A DNA stretch of 64,000 nt from Dehalococcoidia bacterium (GCA_963665775.2 CAXXTF010000001.1:768001-832000); one strand, 5' to 3'. Counted from the stretch's first letter, positions 30,386 to 40,970 are shown. Program-made: numbers and translations. Notes: generated by a model from the letters alone, not told the origin.

Positions 30386-30619
30386 ATGCGCATACCGTTC
30401 GGTCAAGGCCGCGCCGCGGCAATCGCGGGCATTATCATCATGGCGCTGATGATCGAGGGCGCGATCGCGGTAGTGATCGATGATGCTTGGCTATGGGGGC
30501 TTCTTGCACTCTTCATCGTCTGTCTATTCTCAGGGCGTAGAGGTCGACTCCCGTGGCAGGAACGGTGGTGGTGGAAAGAATTCTTCGGTACGAAGGAGTC
30601 CAATAGCTCCGACAAATAG
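30386..30619 (+). CDS. Small 2-TM hypothetical protein
   Basis: RBS, two hydrophobic helices, upstream TATAAT. Confidence 0.55.
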   Translation: MRIPFGQGRAAAIAGIIIMALMIEGAIAVVIDDAWLWGLLALFIVCLFSGRRGRLPWQERWWWKEFFGTKESNSSDK

Positions 30620-30753
30620 TGGTGCAGATCGCTAAGTACCGAGCGGGCGATGATGCGGCCCGTTTGTGGCGGAGCGGCGCGCGGCGAAGGCGACTTTGGT
30701 ACTGGCTGTGAGGGGAGTCAACTTGGGGCAGCACCTAGGACGAGGTAGGGACA

Positions 30754-31275
30754 GTGGAACAGTCGAGTGAAGAAGCGCGGCTCAGAGTACGGGATGCCGT
30801 GTTGGACGAGTTAGACGAGATTTCAGCGCTCTTGGTGGCAGCATATAGTGAGTACGCCAGTTCCCTTCCCCAGAAAAGGTGGGAAGCATACGCCAGCAAC
30901 ATTGCCGACGTTCGGGGGCGTCTCGGAGAATCTGAGCTCATAGTCGCCGAGCAGAATGGCGAGATTGTCGGCGCCGTAACTCTCTATCCAGATCGCTCGC
31001 AATCGATGGTTGAGGGATGGCCATCCGGATATTCGGGTGTGCGGTTACTGGGAGTTCACCCGGAGGCACGAGGTAAGGGCGTGGCCCGTGAATTGATGTT
31101 CGAATGCATCCGGCGGTCCCGAGAGTGGGGAGTTCGCTACATCGGGTTGCACACGACAGAGCTAATGTCGATTGCGAGAGGCATGTATGAGCGGATGGGA
31201 TTTGAGCGCGTGCCGGAGTTTGATGCGAAGCCGGCCCCGGAGGTGCTGGTGATGGCCTACCGGCTCCACCTGTGA
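30754..31275 (+). CDS. GNAT N-acetyltransferase
   Basis: LGVHPEARGKGVA, MYERMGF. Confidence 0.92.
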   Translation: MEQSSEEARLRVRDAVLDELDEISALLVAAYSEYASSLPQKRWEAYASNIADVRGRLGESELIVAEQNGEIVGAVTLYPDRSQSMVEGWPSGYSGVRLLGVHPEARGKGVARELMFECIRRSREWGVRYIGLHTTELMSIARGMYERMGFERVPEFDAKPAPEVLVMAYRLHL

Positions 31276-31497
31276 GTCTCTTTGGGACCCCATCCGCATC
31301 TTGGCTGGATGGCAGGACATGGCGTACACATCGCAGCATGACAGAGCCGGAAGGCGATCGAGAAGCTCTTGAGTGGCATGGTGGCTGGTCAATAGCACGG
31401 GGGAAGATGTGAGCGCTATGACTTAGACCGTATCCGCCACGAACTATCTTGCACGGGTGTTCTACGAAGATAGGTACAGACTGAGAGTAGCGCAACT

Positions 31498-31737
31498 ATG
31501 GCAACGGGCACAATCAAGACTCTGATAAGCGACCGAGGCTTCGGATTCATTGTTCCAAAGGAAGCGGAAGCCGACGCCAAAGATCTCTTCTTCCACCGCT
31601 CCGATGTGCAGGGCGTGACCTACGAAGATCTGCGGGTTGGGCAGGAAGTAGATTACGACCTGGGAAGTGACGAGCGTCGCGGGACGCCCAAAGCCACCAA
31701 CGTGCGGTCCTTTCGAGTACATAGGGAAGATGGCTGA
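31498..31737 (+). CDS. Cold-shock domain protein
   Basis: RGFGFI and DLFFH RNP motifs. Confidence 0.92.
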   Translation: MATGTIKTLISDRGFGFIVPKEAEADAKDLFFHRSDVQGVTYEDLRVGQEVDYDLGSDERRGTPKATNVRSFRVHREDG

Positions 31738-31773
31738 AACCTTCAAATTGGTCACCGCCCAGGCGGAAGCGTC

Positions 31774-32023
31774 TGTAGGGGGCCAATTGTCCTCCGTATC
31801 TGAAACAGGTTAAGCAGCCAGCCATTCGTACTCGTGATGTAGTCCTCCCAGCACCGGCCGGGCAACGATCCGCCCGATCCGCGGCGGGCTAGCCCGTGCA
31901 GGTGGCCCGGTAGGAGTCTCAAGATCCAGAGTGCGATGAGGTCGCCCGTTGTTGTAGTGGACCTCGTACTCCCCCAGCACGGCACGAAGATGCCTCTCAT
32001 TGATGATGATCAGGTGATCTAGG
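31774..32023 (-). mobile_element. 3' remnant of the rve-type IS
   Basis: Near-identical to 18492-18743 including the IR. Confidence 0.9.
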
Positions 32024-32024
32024 C

Positions 32025-32198
32025 TGTGGGGTGCCAAAATGTCATCCGTATCCAGAGAGTTGAGTCGACGGGCCTGCTGGGCGAGCATTGAGACTGTCAA
32101 GACACCGGCGGCAATGCCATACTAGACTCCCTTCCTGGTAAGCAGATGGTCCAGCGGCTGGCCCTTTTAGATACGGATGACATTTTGGCACCCCTACA
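32025..32198. mobile_element. MITE, 174 bp
   Basis: IRs TGTGGGGTGCCAAAATGTCATCCGTATC / GATACGGATGACATTTTGGCACCCCTACA, no ORF. Confidence 0.8.
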
Positions 32199-32868
32199 AG
32201 ATTGGATCGAGACACTCCGGGTCGTCCCATCTGGTGCTGTTGACCCGAGGCGACACCGGGCTGCCAATCAGCAGCCCTTCCCTAGCAGGCCCCAGTAGAC
32301 CGCTCAACGCGACTGGGTCAGCCTGCGCAGGGTGTAGCCACTCGTCTACCAGCTCCTCCGGCAGTATCACCGGCATCCGGTCATGAATGGGCTGGATCGT
32401 GGCATTAGCCTGGGTGGTGACGATTGTGAACGTCGGCTCCCACACGTCAAGCACCGGCTGCCAGGACTCGTAGAGCCCGGCGAACAGAAGCAGCCCGCCG
32501 TCTTCACGATGGAACCAGATGGGCTGCCGACTACCCTTGGCGCCCGTCCACTCGTAGAAGCCGTCAGCTGGGACCACACACCTGCGCTTCCTGAAGGCAT
32601 CCCGAAACGCAGGGCGTTGGTCCATTATCTCAGCACGGGCATTGATCTGGCGGAAGCCGGCCCTGGAGTCCTTGGCCCAGTGGTTGATGAGCCCCCAGCG
32701 GGCGGGCAGGACTTCTCGGTCTTCATGCTCCATGCGCATGATCCAGTGATCCTGAGTGGGGGCGATGTTGTAGCGAGGCGAGTAGTCGCCGAAGGACTCT
32801 ATGGGGACGCCCAGCTGATGGGCCAAGAGATCAGCTTTACGGAAGGTCAGGGTAAAACGGCCACACAT
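32194..32868 (-). CDS. SOS response-associated peptidase (SRAP/YedK family)
   Basis: MCGRF N-terminus, YNIAPTQ, INARAE, GFYEW, HDRMP. Confidence 0.95.
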   Translation of the reverse strand: MCGRFTLTFRKADLLAHQLGVPIESFGDYSPRYNIAPTQDHWIMRMEHEDREVLPARWGLINHWAKDSRAGFRQINARAEIMDQRPAFRDAFRKRRCVVPADGFYEWTGAKGSRQPIWFHREDGGLLLFAGLYESWQPVLDVWEPTFTIVTTQANATIQPIHDRMPVILPEELVDEWLHPAQADPVALSGLLGPAREGLLIGSPVSPRVNSTRWDDPECLDPIL

Positions 32869-33286
32869 GGAAAGTGTACCAGAATCCGCAAGCCTCCCTG
32901 TCCATATAGATTCTTGTTCTAGGCAGTGGCACCATGGGATGCCACTGCGGGGGTGCAGTTGATGAAGGTCTGGTCTACACTGTTCTTCCAGGAAGCTGTG
33001 AGAGATAGACCGACTGCCCTAGAAGTACGTCGGGCGCGGGACGCCCTGCGCTGCTACGGCAACTATAGCGCTCAAACGCTGGGGCACGCCCTGACCTACT
33101 GTCTGCACTGCGGCGTGCTTAGAACCTGTGTGCAGAGACAGTGGCGAAAACGGGAACGCCGCAGTCGGCGCTGGATGACGGAACGACCTTAAGACCCGGC
33201 GACTGGCCCTCACCCCATCCGCCGTTCGCCAGCTGCACTTCTGGCCAGCACCACTCGACCTCTACACCTGAAATGACAGGCTACCC

Positions 33287-33315
33287 TTGACTGGGCGAAC
33301 ACCCGTTCGTATCCT
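33287..33315 (+). promoter_or_regulatory. sigma70 promoter with LexA (Cheo-type) box
   Basis: TTGACT-N17-TATCCT enclosing CGAAC-ACCC-GTTCG at 33296-33309. Confidence 0.88.
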
Positions 33316-33334
33316 CTGATCTGAGGCTCGCCCT

Positions 33335-34507
33335 ATGCTTATCGCTTGCGTCTGTATCCCCCGTTTCGCCGTCGAGGTAGAGCGTCAGCGTCGGCAGGAC
33401 CTCACCACACGTCTCATCCTCATCGGTGACGCCGCCGTCCTCGACTACTCCCTGGGTGCCGAGGCGTCGAAAGTCCGCCGTGGCATGCGGATGTCTGGGG
33501 CTATCGCCCTCTGCCAGCGAGCGGTGGTACTGCCGCCGGACCTCCCCTACTACCAGCGGCGGTTCGATGAGGTGCTGGACTCCCTTGAGAACTTCAGCCC
33601 CGCGGTGGAGGCGAGCGATCTGGGCACCACGTACCTCTCGCTGGTCGGTCTCTCCCTTGATCTGGAGGGGTTCGCTGAAGGTCTCGTCTCCTCCCTGCAC
33701 CAACGGTTCAGCTTTATGGCCACGGTGGGTATCGCAGGCGGGAAGTTCGCGGCCCAAGTCGCGGCCCAGACGACGCGGCCTGGGCTGGGGAAGGTCGTGC
33801 CGGAGGGCCGGGAGGACTCCTTTCTGGCTCCTCTGCCCGTCGACCACCTGCCGGTCAGCGACTCCCTGCGCTGGCGGCTCCGCCTCCTGGGCCTGGAGAC
33901 CATGGGCGACATCGCCCGGCTGCCCCTGGGGGCGTTCCAGTCCCAGTTCGGGACGGAGGGGAAGCGCTGCTGGGAGCTGGCCCAGGGCATCGATACAGAG
34001 CCCCTGCTGCCGCGGCTGAAGGAGGAGACCATCGTCCGGCGGCTCCAGATGCCCGCTCCGTCCGTCATCCTGGAGGCGATCCTGGTGGGCCTGGAGCGGC
34101 TGGTCTACGCCGCTTACTCCAGCCCGGATCGTAAAGGGCGCTGGGTACGGAAGGCGCTAGTACGGGCGGCCCTAGAGGGCGGCGGGGCCTGGGGGTTGGC
34201 GGTCCCCTTCCGGGAAGCCCTCGCCGATCCTCGTGACGCCTGGTTCGCCATCAAGAGCGCCATCGCCCGCAGGCCGCCGGAGCGGCCCGTCGAGGAGCTG
34301 GAGGTGGAGCTGGTGGGCCTGAGCGGAGAGTCAGGGAAGCAGGCTGCCATGTTCGAGGGGAAGGGTAAGCTGTGGCGACAGATCGAAGAGGTGGCGCGGC
34401 AGCTCCGCGCTCAGCAAGGTCAGTCCCAGATAGGGAGAATAGTGGAGGTGGAGCCCTGGTCGCGCATTCCCGAACGCAGAGCGGCCCTGGTCGACTTCGA
34501 CCCCTGA
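33335..34507 (+). CDS. imuB: ImuB-like inactive Y-family polymerase
   Basis: Y-family fold lacking catalytic acidic residues; QAAMF clamp-like motif; adjacent to dnaE2. Confidence 0.85.
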   Translation: MLIACVCIPRFAVEVERQRRQDLTTRLILIGDAAVLDYSLGAEASKVRRGMRMSGAIALCQRAVVLPPDLPYYQRRFDEVLDSLENFSPAVEASDLGTTYLSLVGLSLDLEGFAEGLVSSLHQRFSFMATVGIAGGKFAAQVAAQTTRPGLGKVVPEGREDSFLAPLPVDHLPVSDSLRWRLRLLGLETMGDIARLPLGAFQSQFGTEGKRCWELAQGIDTEPLLPRLKEETIVRRLQMPAPSVILEAILVGLERLVYAAYSSPDRKGRWVRKALVRAALEGGGAWGLAVPFREALADPRDAWFAIKSAIARRPPERPVEELEVELVGLSGESGKQAAMFEGKGKLWRQIEEVARQLRAQQGQSQIGRIVEVEPWSRIPERRAALVDFDP

Positions 34508-34743
34508 ACCGCCCGCGCCCCCTGCGGGTAGAGGCCGACGGGCAGAGCCGGCCTACCGCTGTCTGGCTCTCGGGCCGCCGCTGCACCGTGGAGGCGGTCC
34601 CGGAAAGCTGGCGCGTCGACGACGAGTGGTGGCGCGAGGGGCCGGTGAGTAGGCTGTACTTCCGCCTGCTGATGGAGGACGGGCGGACGGTGACGGCGTA
34701 TCGGGACCTGGTGACGGGACGGTGGGCGAAGCAGGCGTACTAG
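34456..34743 (+). CDS. Stand-alone ImuB C-terminal-like (DUF6504-like) protein, probable CTG start
   Basis: WRVDDEWWR...RLYFRL..EDG motif; GGAGGTG SD 5 nt before CTG 34456. Confidence 0.75.
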   Translation: MVAHSRTQSGPGRLRPLNRPRPLRVEADGQSRPTAVWLSGRRCTVEAVPESWRVDDEWWREGPVSRLYFRLLMEDGRTVTAYRDLVTGRWAKQAY

Positions 34744-34744
34744 C

Positions 34745-37700
34745 ATGGCCACCTACACTGAGCTCCATGCCCACTCCAACTTCTCCTTCCTGGACGGCGC
34801 CTCCCACATCGAGGAGCTGGTGTTGCGGGCGTGGGAGCTGGGGTACGAGGCGCTGGCCCTCACGGACCACGACGGCCTCCATGGGGCGATGGAGTTCGCC
34901 CAGTGCGCCCACGCCTGGGGTCTGCGCCCTATCACAGGCGCTGAGGTCACCCTGGCCAGCGGCCACCACCTGACGCTCCTCTGCGAGAGCCAGCGGGGCT
35001 ACGCTAACCTCTGCCGTCTCCTCAGCCACGCTCACCTGGAGCACGAGCGGGGCAAGCCCCAGATCGAGCCGGACGTGCTGGCCCGCCACACAGAGGGGCT
35101 GATCGCCCTCTCCGGCTGCCATAGCGGTGAGGTGCCGTCGCTGGTCGCCCAGGGGCAGTATCGAGAGGCAGAAGAGGCGGCCCGCCGCTACCGGCAGTGG
35201 TTCGGCCCCACCAGCTTCTTCATCGAGCTCCAGAACAACCTAGTCTACGGCGACACCCGCCGCAACCGGGCCCTGACCGACCTGGCCGAGCAGCTGGGCC
35301 TGGGCATCGTCGCTACCGGCAACGTCCACTACCACGTGCGAGAGCGCCACCGCCTCCAGGACGTGCTGGTGGCGATCAAGCACCGCACGACCCTGGACGC
35401 CTCCCACCGCCTGCGCCGTGAGAACTCCGAGTACTACCTGAAGCCACCCGCAGGGATGGCGGAGCTGTTTCGGGACTACCCGGAGGCGGTCGCCAACACG
35501 GCTCGTATCGCCGAACGCTGCACCTTCGACCTGACCCGCGACCTGGACTACCAGTTCCCCGATTACCCAGTGCCGGAGGGCGAGACGCCGGGCTCCTACC
35601 TGCGCGAGCTCTGCTACCGGGAGGCCGAGAACAGGTACGGTCGCATCACCCGCCAGGTAGAGGAGCGGTTGGAGGAAGAGCTAGCCCTGGTGGAACGCCA
35701 CGGCCTGGCCGGCTTCTTTCTCATCCATCAGCAGATACTTCAGCTCGCTTACCAGGTCGCCGAGGAGATAAGGGGCCATTGCCACGCGCCGCCGGGACGG
35801 GGCCGCGGCTCCTCCGTCGGCTCGCTCATCTGCTACCTGATCGGGCTGTCCCACATCGACCCGATCGCCAACAACCTCTTCCTGGGCCGCTTCCTCAACG
35901 AGGAGATGGCCTCGGTGCCGGATATCGATCTCGACTTTCCCCGCGACATCCGGGAGAAGCTGATCCTTCGCATCTACGAGCACTTTGGCCACGAGCATGT
36001 GGGTCTGGTGGCTACCTTCCCCACCTATCGCCTGCGGAGCGCCGTCCGCGAGGTAGGCAAAGCCCTGGGCCTGCCTCCCGCCGAATTGGACCGGCTGGCC
36101 AGGGTCAGCGAGCACGGCTCGGCCAGAACCATCCGTGAGGAGATGGGCCGCCTGGACCACTATCGGGATAAGCTGGACGCCCCCCTCTGGCGCCACCTGG
36201 CGGAGATAGTGGAACAGATCGCCGGCTTCCCTCGCCACATCTCGCAGCACGTGGGAGGCATGGTCATCTCGTCGAAGCCGCTGCTCGAACTCGTGCCCCT
36301 GGAGCAGTCGGCGATGGAGGGGCGAGTCCTCATCCAGTGGGATAAGGACTCGGTGGATGACGCCCGCATGATCAAGATCGACTTCCTGGCCTTGGGTATG
36401 CTATCGGCGGTAGACGAGTGCCTAGACCTTGTCGAGGAGCGGGAGGGAAGGCGCATCGACCTCTCCCGCATCGATTTCGAGGACGAGCGGGTGTACGATG
36501 CCATCTGCCAGGCGGACACGATGGGCGTCTTCCAGATCGAGTCGCGGGCCCAGATGCAGACCCTGCCGAGAGTACAGCCGCGGTCGCTGGAGGACCTGAC
36601 GGTGGAGGTGGCGATCATCCGGCCCGGCCCTATCGTGGGCGGCGCCGTGAACCCCTACATCAACCGGCGCCTGGGGAGGGAATCGGTAGTCTATGACCAC
36701 CCTTCCCTGGAGCCCGCACTCTCCGAAACCCTGGGTGTCATAATCTACCAGGAGCAGGTGCTCCAGGTGGCGATGGCCCTGGCCGGGTTCAGCGTCGGCC
36801 AGGCAGAGAGCCTGCGCCGGGCCATGAGCCGGAAGCGGTCGAAAGAGGCGATCGCCAAGCTGAAGGAGCAGTTCATCCAGGGATGCCTCGATAACGGAGT
36901 GTCGGGGCCAGCGGCGGAGAGCACCTTCGCCAAGATTCAGGGGTTCGCCGAGTTCGGCTTCCCCAAGGCTCACGCCGCCGCCTTCGGCCTCCTGGCCTAC
37001 CAGACGGCCTGGCTGCGCACCTACTACCCTACGGAGTCCCTGTGTGCCCTGTTCAACGCTCAGCCCATGGGCTTCTACGGCCCCCACGTTCTGGTCAACG
37101 ATGGCAAGCGTCACGGGGTGGATGTCCTGCCGCCCGCGATTAACCGCAGCGGCGCCAACTGCACCCTGGAGGGTGACGCCGTGCGCATCGGCCTCCGCTA
37201 CGTGAAGGGGCTGAGCGGGGCGACCGCCCGGGAGGTGGAGGACGAGCGGAAACAGAACGGCGATTTCCGATCGCTGTTCGACTTCCTGGAGCGCACCCGT
37301 CTCAAGCGGGAGCCCATCGAGAAGCTCATCGCCTGCGGCGCTTTCGATGAGTTCGGCCTGGAGCGCCGGGAGCTCCTGTGGCAGCTGGGCCTCATCTACC
37401 GCTCAGAGGGCCGCAACGACCACGAGCGACAGCTGGCCCTACCCTTGCCCACGGAGCAGGACATGGTGGCGCTGTCGCCCATGACCGCCTGGGAGCGTAT
37501 GACCGCGGACTACACTATCCTCGGCCTGTCGCCGACCCATCACCCGATGCTCTTCCTGCGCCCTCAGCTCCATGAAGGTGTCGTCCCCAGCCGCATGTTG
37601 GAGTCCCTGCCCGACGGGACGCCCGTGGAAGTGGCTGGCATGGTCGTCTGCCGGCAGCGGCCGGGCACGGCCAAGGGGTTCGTCTTCCTGGTGCTGGAGG

Positions 37701-37897
37701 ACGAGTTCGGCCTGGTGAACGTGATCGTGCGCCCCGCCCTCCACGAGCGGCAGCGGTCGCTGGTGCGCACGGAGCCGTTCCTTGTCGTTCGCGGTGAGCT
37801 CCAGCGGCGGGACGGCACGGTGAACGTGGTGGCCAAGGGGCTCACATCGCTGCGGGCAGGAACGGACGTAGCACCCAAGGCCCATAACTTCGGCTGA
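34745..37897 (+). CDS. dnaE2: Error-prone DNA polymerase III alpha (DnaE2/ImuC)
   Basis: ELHAHSNFSFLDG, GRGS, PDIDLD, FPKAHA, RQRPGTAKG, C-terminal AHNFG. Confidence 0.95.
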   Translation: MATYTELHAHSNFSFLDGASHIEELVLRAWELGYEALALTDHDGLHGAMEFAQCAHAWGLRPITGAEVTLASGHHLTLLCESQRGYANLCRLLSHAHLEHERGKPQIEPDVLARHTEGLIALSGCHSGEVPSLVAQGQYREAEEAARRYRQWFGPTSFFIELQNNLVYGDTRRNRALTDLAEQLGLGIVATGNVHYHVRERHRLQDVLVAIKHRTTLDASHRLRRENSEYYLKPPAGMAELFRDYPEAVANTARIAERCTFDLTRDLDYQFPDYPVPEGETPGSYLRELCYREAENRYGRITRQVEERLEEELALVERHGLAGFFLIHQQILQLAYQVAEEIRGHCHAPPGRGRGSSVGSLICYLIGLSHIDPIANNLFLGRFLNEEMASVPDIDLDFPRDIREKLILRIYEHFGHEHVGLVATFPTYRLRSAVREVGKALGLPPAELDRLARVSEHGSARTIREEMGRLDHYRDKLDAPLWRHLAEIVEQIAGFPRHISQHVGGMVISSKPLLELVPLEQSAMEGRVLIQWDKDSVDDARMIKIDFLALGMLSAVDECLDLVEEREGRRIDLSRIDFEDERVYDAICQADTMGVFQIESRAQMQTLPRVQPRSLEDLTVEVAIIRPGPIVGGAVNPYINRRLGRESVVYDHPSLEPALSETLGVIIYQEQVLQVAMALAGFSVGQAESLRRAMSRKRSKEAIAKLKEQFIQGCLDNGVSGPAAESTFAKIQGFAEFGFPKAHAAAFGLLAYQTAWLRTYYPTESLCALFNAQPMGFYGPHVLVNDGKRHGVDVLPPAINRSGANCTLEGDAVRIGLRYVKGLSGATAREVEDERKQNGDFRSLFDFLERTRLKREPIEKLIACGAFDEFGLERRELLWQLGLIYRSEGRNDHERQLALPLPTEQDMVALSPMTAWERMTADYTILGLSPTHHPMLFLRPQLHEGVVPSRMLESLPDGTPVEVAGMVVCRQRPGTAKGFVFLVLEDEFGLVNVIVRPALHERQRSLVRTEPFLVVRGELQRRDGTVNVVAKGLTSLRAGTDVAPKAHNFG

Positions 37898-37929
37898 CAG
37901 AACCCCTCAGGACGGATCATGAGGGGCCG

Positions 37930-37969
37930 CCTAGCGGGACTCCCAGGGAGGCTGGGCCTCGCCGCTAGG
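37930..37969 (+). terminator. Hairpin after dnaE2
   Basis: CCTAGCGG...CCGCTAGG stem. Confidence 0.4.
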
Positions 37970-38359
37970 GAGCCATCGCCCTATCGGTGCGGCAGAGAAT
38001 GACAGGTACGACACCTCAGGTGGTGCCACCACGAAAGACAGCTTCGAAGCATCAACGATCACCTTCTCCAATGTCTGGGGCAGCTGAGTTTGAGGCAGGG
38101 CGCGACAAATTGTCCTCTTCGGACTCCTCATCCTCAGGTGGCGGCTCCGGCGGTTTGCCCAACGGAGTATTCTGGTCCTTGGCAAGCGTAAGCTGAAGGC
38201 CTCCCTCATTCTCCCTAGTAATACCGTAGTATTGAATCAAATCTTCCTTAGATCGTCTAGCCACGTCTACCCTCCCACAAGAACAGCATCGAAGACAGCA
38301 CCAGCGGGTTTGTATACATCGCCGCTGATACCCGTAATCTCAATAGTGGAGCCTTTAGG

Positions 38360-39306
38360 GGTTCTGTCAGAACTCAGGGCGCCAATGTCGCGGAGATGAA
38401 TCTCGGTTCGAAATCCGAACCGATTACGCCGCTGCCATCTCCGCCGTCAACGCCTGCCATCGCGCGAGGAAGACTCGACGCCTCTCCGACAAAGACACCT
38501 GCTTGCCAATGGGCGGGCGGATACGTAAGTACTGACGCAGCTCTTCGAACGCCGCGCAGAAGCGCTTTGCCGACTCCATACGTCCGAACCCCAGCATGGG
38601 GTAGTAGCGTTGTTTGATGGCGCGATGGTCCTGCTCGATACGATTGTTTAGGTACCGACTCTGTCGATGTAAGACCTTCCGTCCCAGTATCCAGCGGATC
38701 GCCTTTCCATAGGCCGGATGCTGATCGGTGGTGAGGCGCAACGGCTTGTGGGATGTGACGTCGGCCAGCTGACTGAGAAAGAGGCGGGCAGCTGACCTGT
38801 CCCGCGTCTCACTCAGCATGGAGTCGAGGAGATTGCCGTCCCGGTCGATGGCACGGTACAGGTAACGCCAGCGACCGCTCACCTTCACGTAGGTTTCATC
38901 GAGATACCAGGAGTGGCTTCCCGTCTGGCCGCGGCGCCGGGTACGTAGTTGTTCGCCCAGGAGAGGAGCAAATCGGAACTCCCAGGCCCGTACCGTCTCG
39001 TGCGTGACCTCATAGCCTCGCTGAAGGAGCAGTTCGGCGACATCGCGGAACCCGAGCTTGTAGCGTAGCCGCCAGAGTACCGCCAACAGGACGATGTCAG
39101 TGGGGAACTGGAGATCGTTGTAGGGTGTGCCGGTGGGCTCGTTGAAGCGACGGTGGCAGGACCTACACGAAAACCTGACGTAGCCCAGGGTGGTGCGGTG
39201 CTTCCGTTTGCTGGTCGCTGTCGCTCGGCAGTGCGGGCAGTTCATGGGTAGCTCCTCTCCTACATTGAGACAAGCTTACCCCCGCGCCCTGAGTTCTGAC
39301 AGAACC
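38360..39306 (-). mobile_element. IS6-family insertion sequence (transposase 38424-39245)
   Basis: 23-bp IR GGTTCTGTCAGAACTCAGGGCGC; WYLDETYVKV, YLNNRIEQDHR; N-terminal CxxC pairs. Confidence 0.95.
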
Positions 39307-39309
39307 CGC

Positions 39310-39545
39310 CGCGTCGGCCCTCAGACAGCTGCCGAGTCTCAGGGAGCTACGTCCCGAAGAAAAGGGGCTGACCTTGTTCGTCAACGACGGTAACGGCGTC
39401 GTCGCCGACGTTGTCCGCCTGCTTGATTCGGCCGGAATTACGGTGGGCTCCGTCGCCATCGCCCAACCGACTCTCGACGAAGTGTTCCTGCGCACGACGG
39501 GTTCTCGCCTAGAGGGTGCAGTCCAGGATGGAGGTAGTTCGTCAT
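39310..39545 (+). pseudogene. C-terminal remnant of an ABC ATP-binding protein truncated by IS6
   Basis: VADVVRLLDSAGI...QPTLDEVFLRTTG. Confidence 0.75.
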
Positions 39546-40350
39546 GATGGAACTCACTTTCTCTCCGGCGGCGGGCCTGGCACCCTGGCGCGCCTGGCGC
39601 GAGGCGGCCCGAGCGGCTATCCTGCTTGGCGCACGCGAGGCGCGGACCGCGTTCCGGACCCCTGTCTACCTTATTCCCAATTTGTTGATCCCCATCTTCT
39701 TCTACTTCGTCATGGTGGGATCATTGGAAACGTTCGCCGGCCGCTCCGGCCTCACGAACTCGGAGGCGTTTCTGGTTCCCATGGCGATCATATTCGCCGC
39801 ACAGGGGGGTAGCGCCGGCATGAACATGGTCAGCGATATCGAGAGCGGCTATTTCGACAAGCTGATGGTTACGCCGGCCAACCGCGTCTCCATCCTAGTC
39901 GGGGCGATGGCGGCCGACTTCCTTCGGGTCATGGTGCAATCGACGCTCGTTCTTCTGGTGGCGATCGCATTCGGCCTCGACTTCGCGACCGGCTTGCCGG
40001 GAGCTATAGCCCTCGTGCTGCTCAGCAGCTTCTGGGGCGTTGCCTATTCGGGCATCGGCTTCGCTGTCGCCCTGAAGACCGGGAACGCCCAGGCGACGCA
40101 GAGCATATGGGTGCTTTTCATGCCACTGATGTTTCTCACGACGATGTTCGCACCCAAGGAAGCGCTCTCGGGGTGGCTGGAGACTGCTGCGATGTTCAAC
40201 CCGATGACCTACCTGCTGCAAGGCATGCGGGCGCTCACCATGGAAGGCTGGGACGCCGGAGACCTCGGCGTCGCGGTGCTGGCGGTCGCCGCCCTGGGCT
40301 CCGTGAGCCTGACCCTGGCGTTCCTCGCGCTGCGCGGCCGCATCCGGTGA
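39544..40350 (+). CDS. ABC-2 type exporter permease (DrrB-like)
   Basis: DIESGYFDKLMVTP, FNPMTY, 6 TM. Confidence 0.9.
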   Translation: MMELTFSPAAGLAPWRAWREAARAAILLGAREARTAFRTPVYLIPNLLIPIFFYFVMVGSLETFAGRSGLTNSEAFLVPMAIIFAAQGGSAGMNMVSDIESGYFDKLMVTPANRVSILVGAMAADFLRVMVQSTLVLLVAIAFGLDFATGLPGAIALVLLSSFWGVAYSGIGFAVALKTGNAQATQSIWVLFMPLMFLTTMFAPKEALSGWLETAAMFNPMTYLLQGMRALTMEGWDAGDLGVAVLAVAALGSVSLTLAFLALRGRIR

Positions 40351-40379
40351 GGTGACTCGACCGGCGGAGGTTCGGGGAT

Positions 40380-40970
40380 GGCTTGAAGGCGTGGCTGAAC
40401 GCAGGCGGGGTCGGCGTCGGCGGTGTTGGCGTCGGCGGGGTCGGCGTCGGCGGTGTTGGCGTCGGCGGGGTCGGCGTCGGCGGGGTCGGCGTCGGCGGGG
40501 TCGGCGTCGGCGGGGTCGGCGTCGGCTCAGGATCGGTAAAGTAGTCTACGTGACTCAGCTCCTGACAGTTCGAGCCTGGCGTCCCCGTTCTGGTCACGGT
40601 TACGGTCGAGGATCCCATGCCAGTCACCGTATAGCAGTCATTCTCCCCGTAGACTCCATCTGCTGTGATAAGACCGCTGTGACCCGTTCCTCCGAACATG
40701 TTAATACCTGATTTGATACAGATACCAGTAATTACCTGTCCGGCCGGAGCTGTGAACGAGATGATATCCACGCTTTGACCCGAGTCACTTGGAAACACTG
40801 AGGCGTTGGGACTATTACACTCAGCAGGACCACCACCCGTGCCAGCAACATGATCGCCAGGCAGCAGCATCACCGCCGCTACCAGGATCCCGGCCAGGCC
40901 CCGGGGCCAACGTAGGGCCAGTCAGCAGGTGGCCCCTTTTGTCTCTCAAGATCCCAAACCGCTCCCACAT
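40380..40970 (-). pseudogene. Truncated secreted protein with Pro/Thr linker; frameshift in the signal peptide
   Basis: Signal peptide split between frames near 40900; small Cys-containing domain then (TPTPP)n, then the sequence breaks. Confidence 0.6.
40404..40523. repeat. 15-bp tandem repeat, about 8 copies
   Basis: GGCGGGGTCGGCGTC units encoding TPTPP on the minus strand. Confidence 0.92.

Noticed and set aside
32926-33192. Possible imuA
   Set aside because: No RecA/SulA-like features, and it lies upstream of the LexA-controlled promoter
40404-40523. CRISPR-like array
   Set aside because: Contiguous 15-bp coding repeat with no spacers; no cas genes
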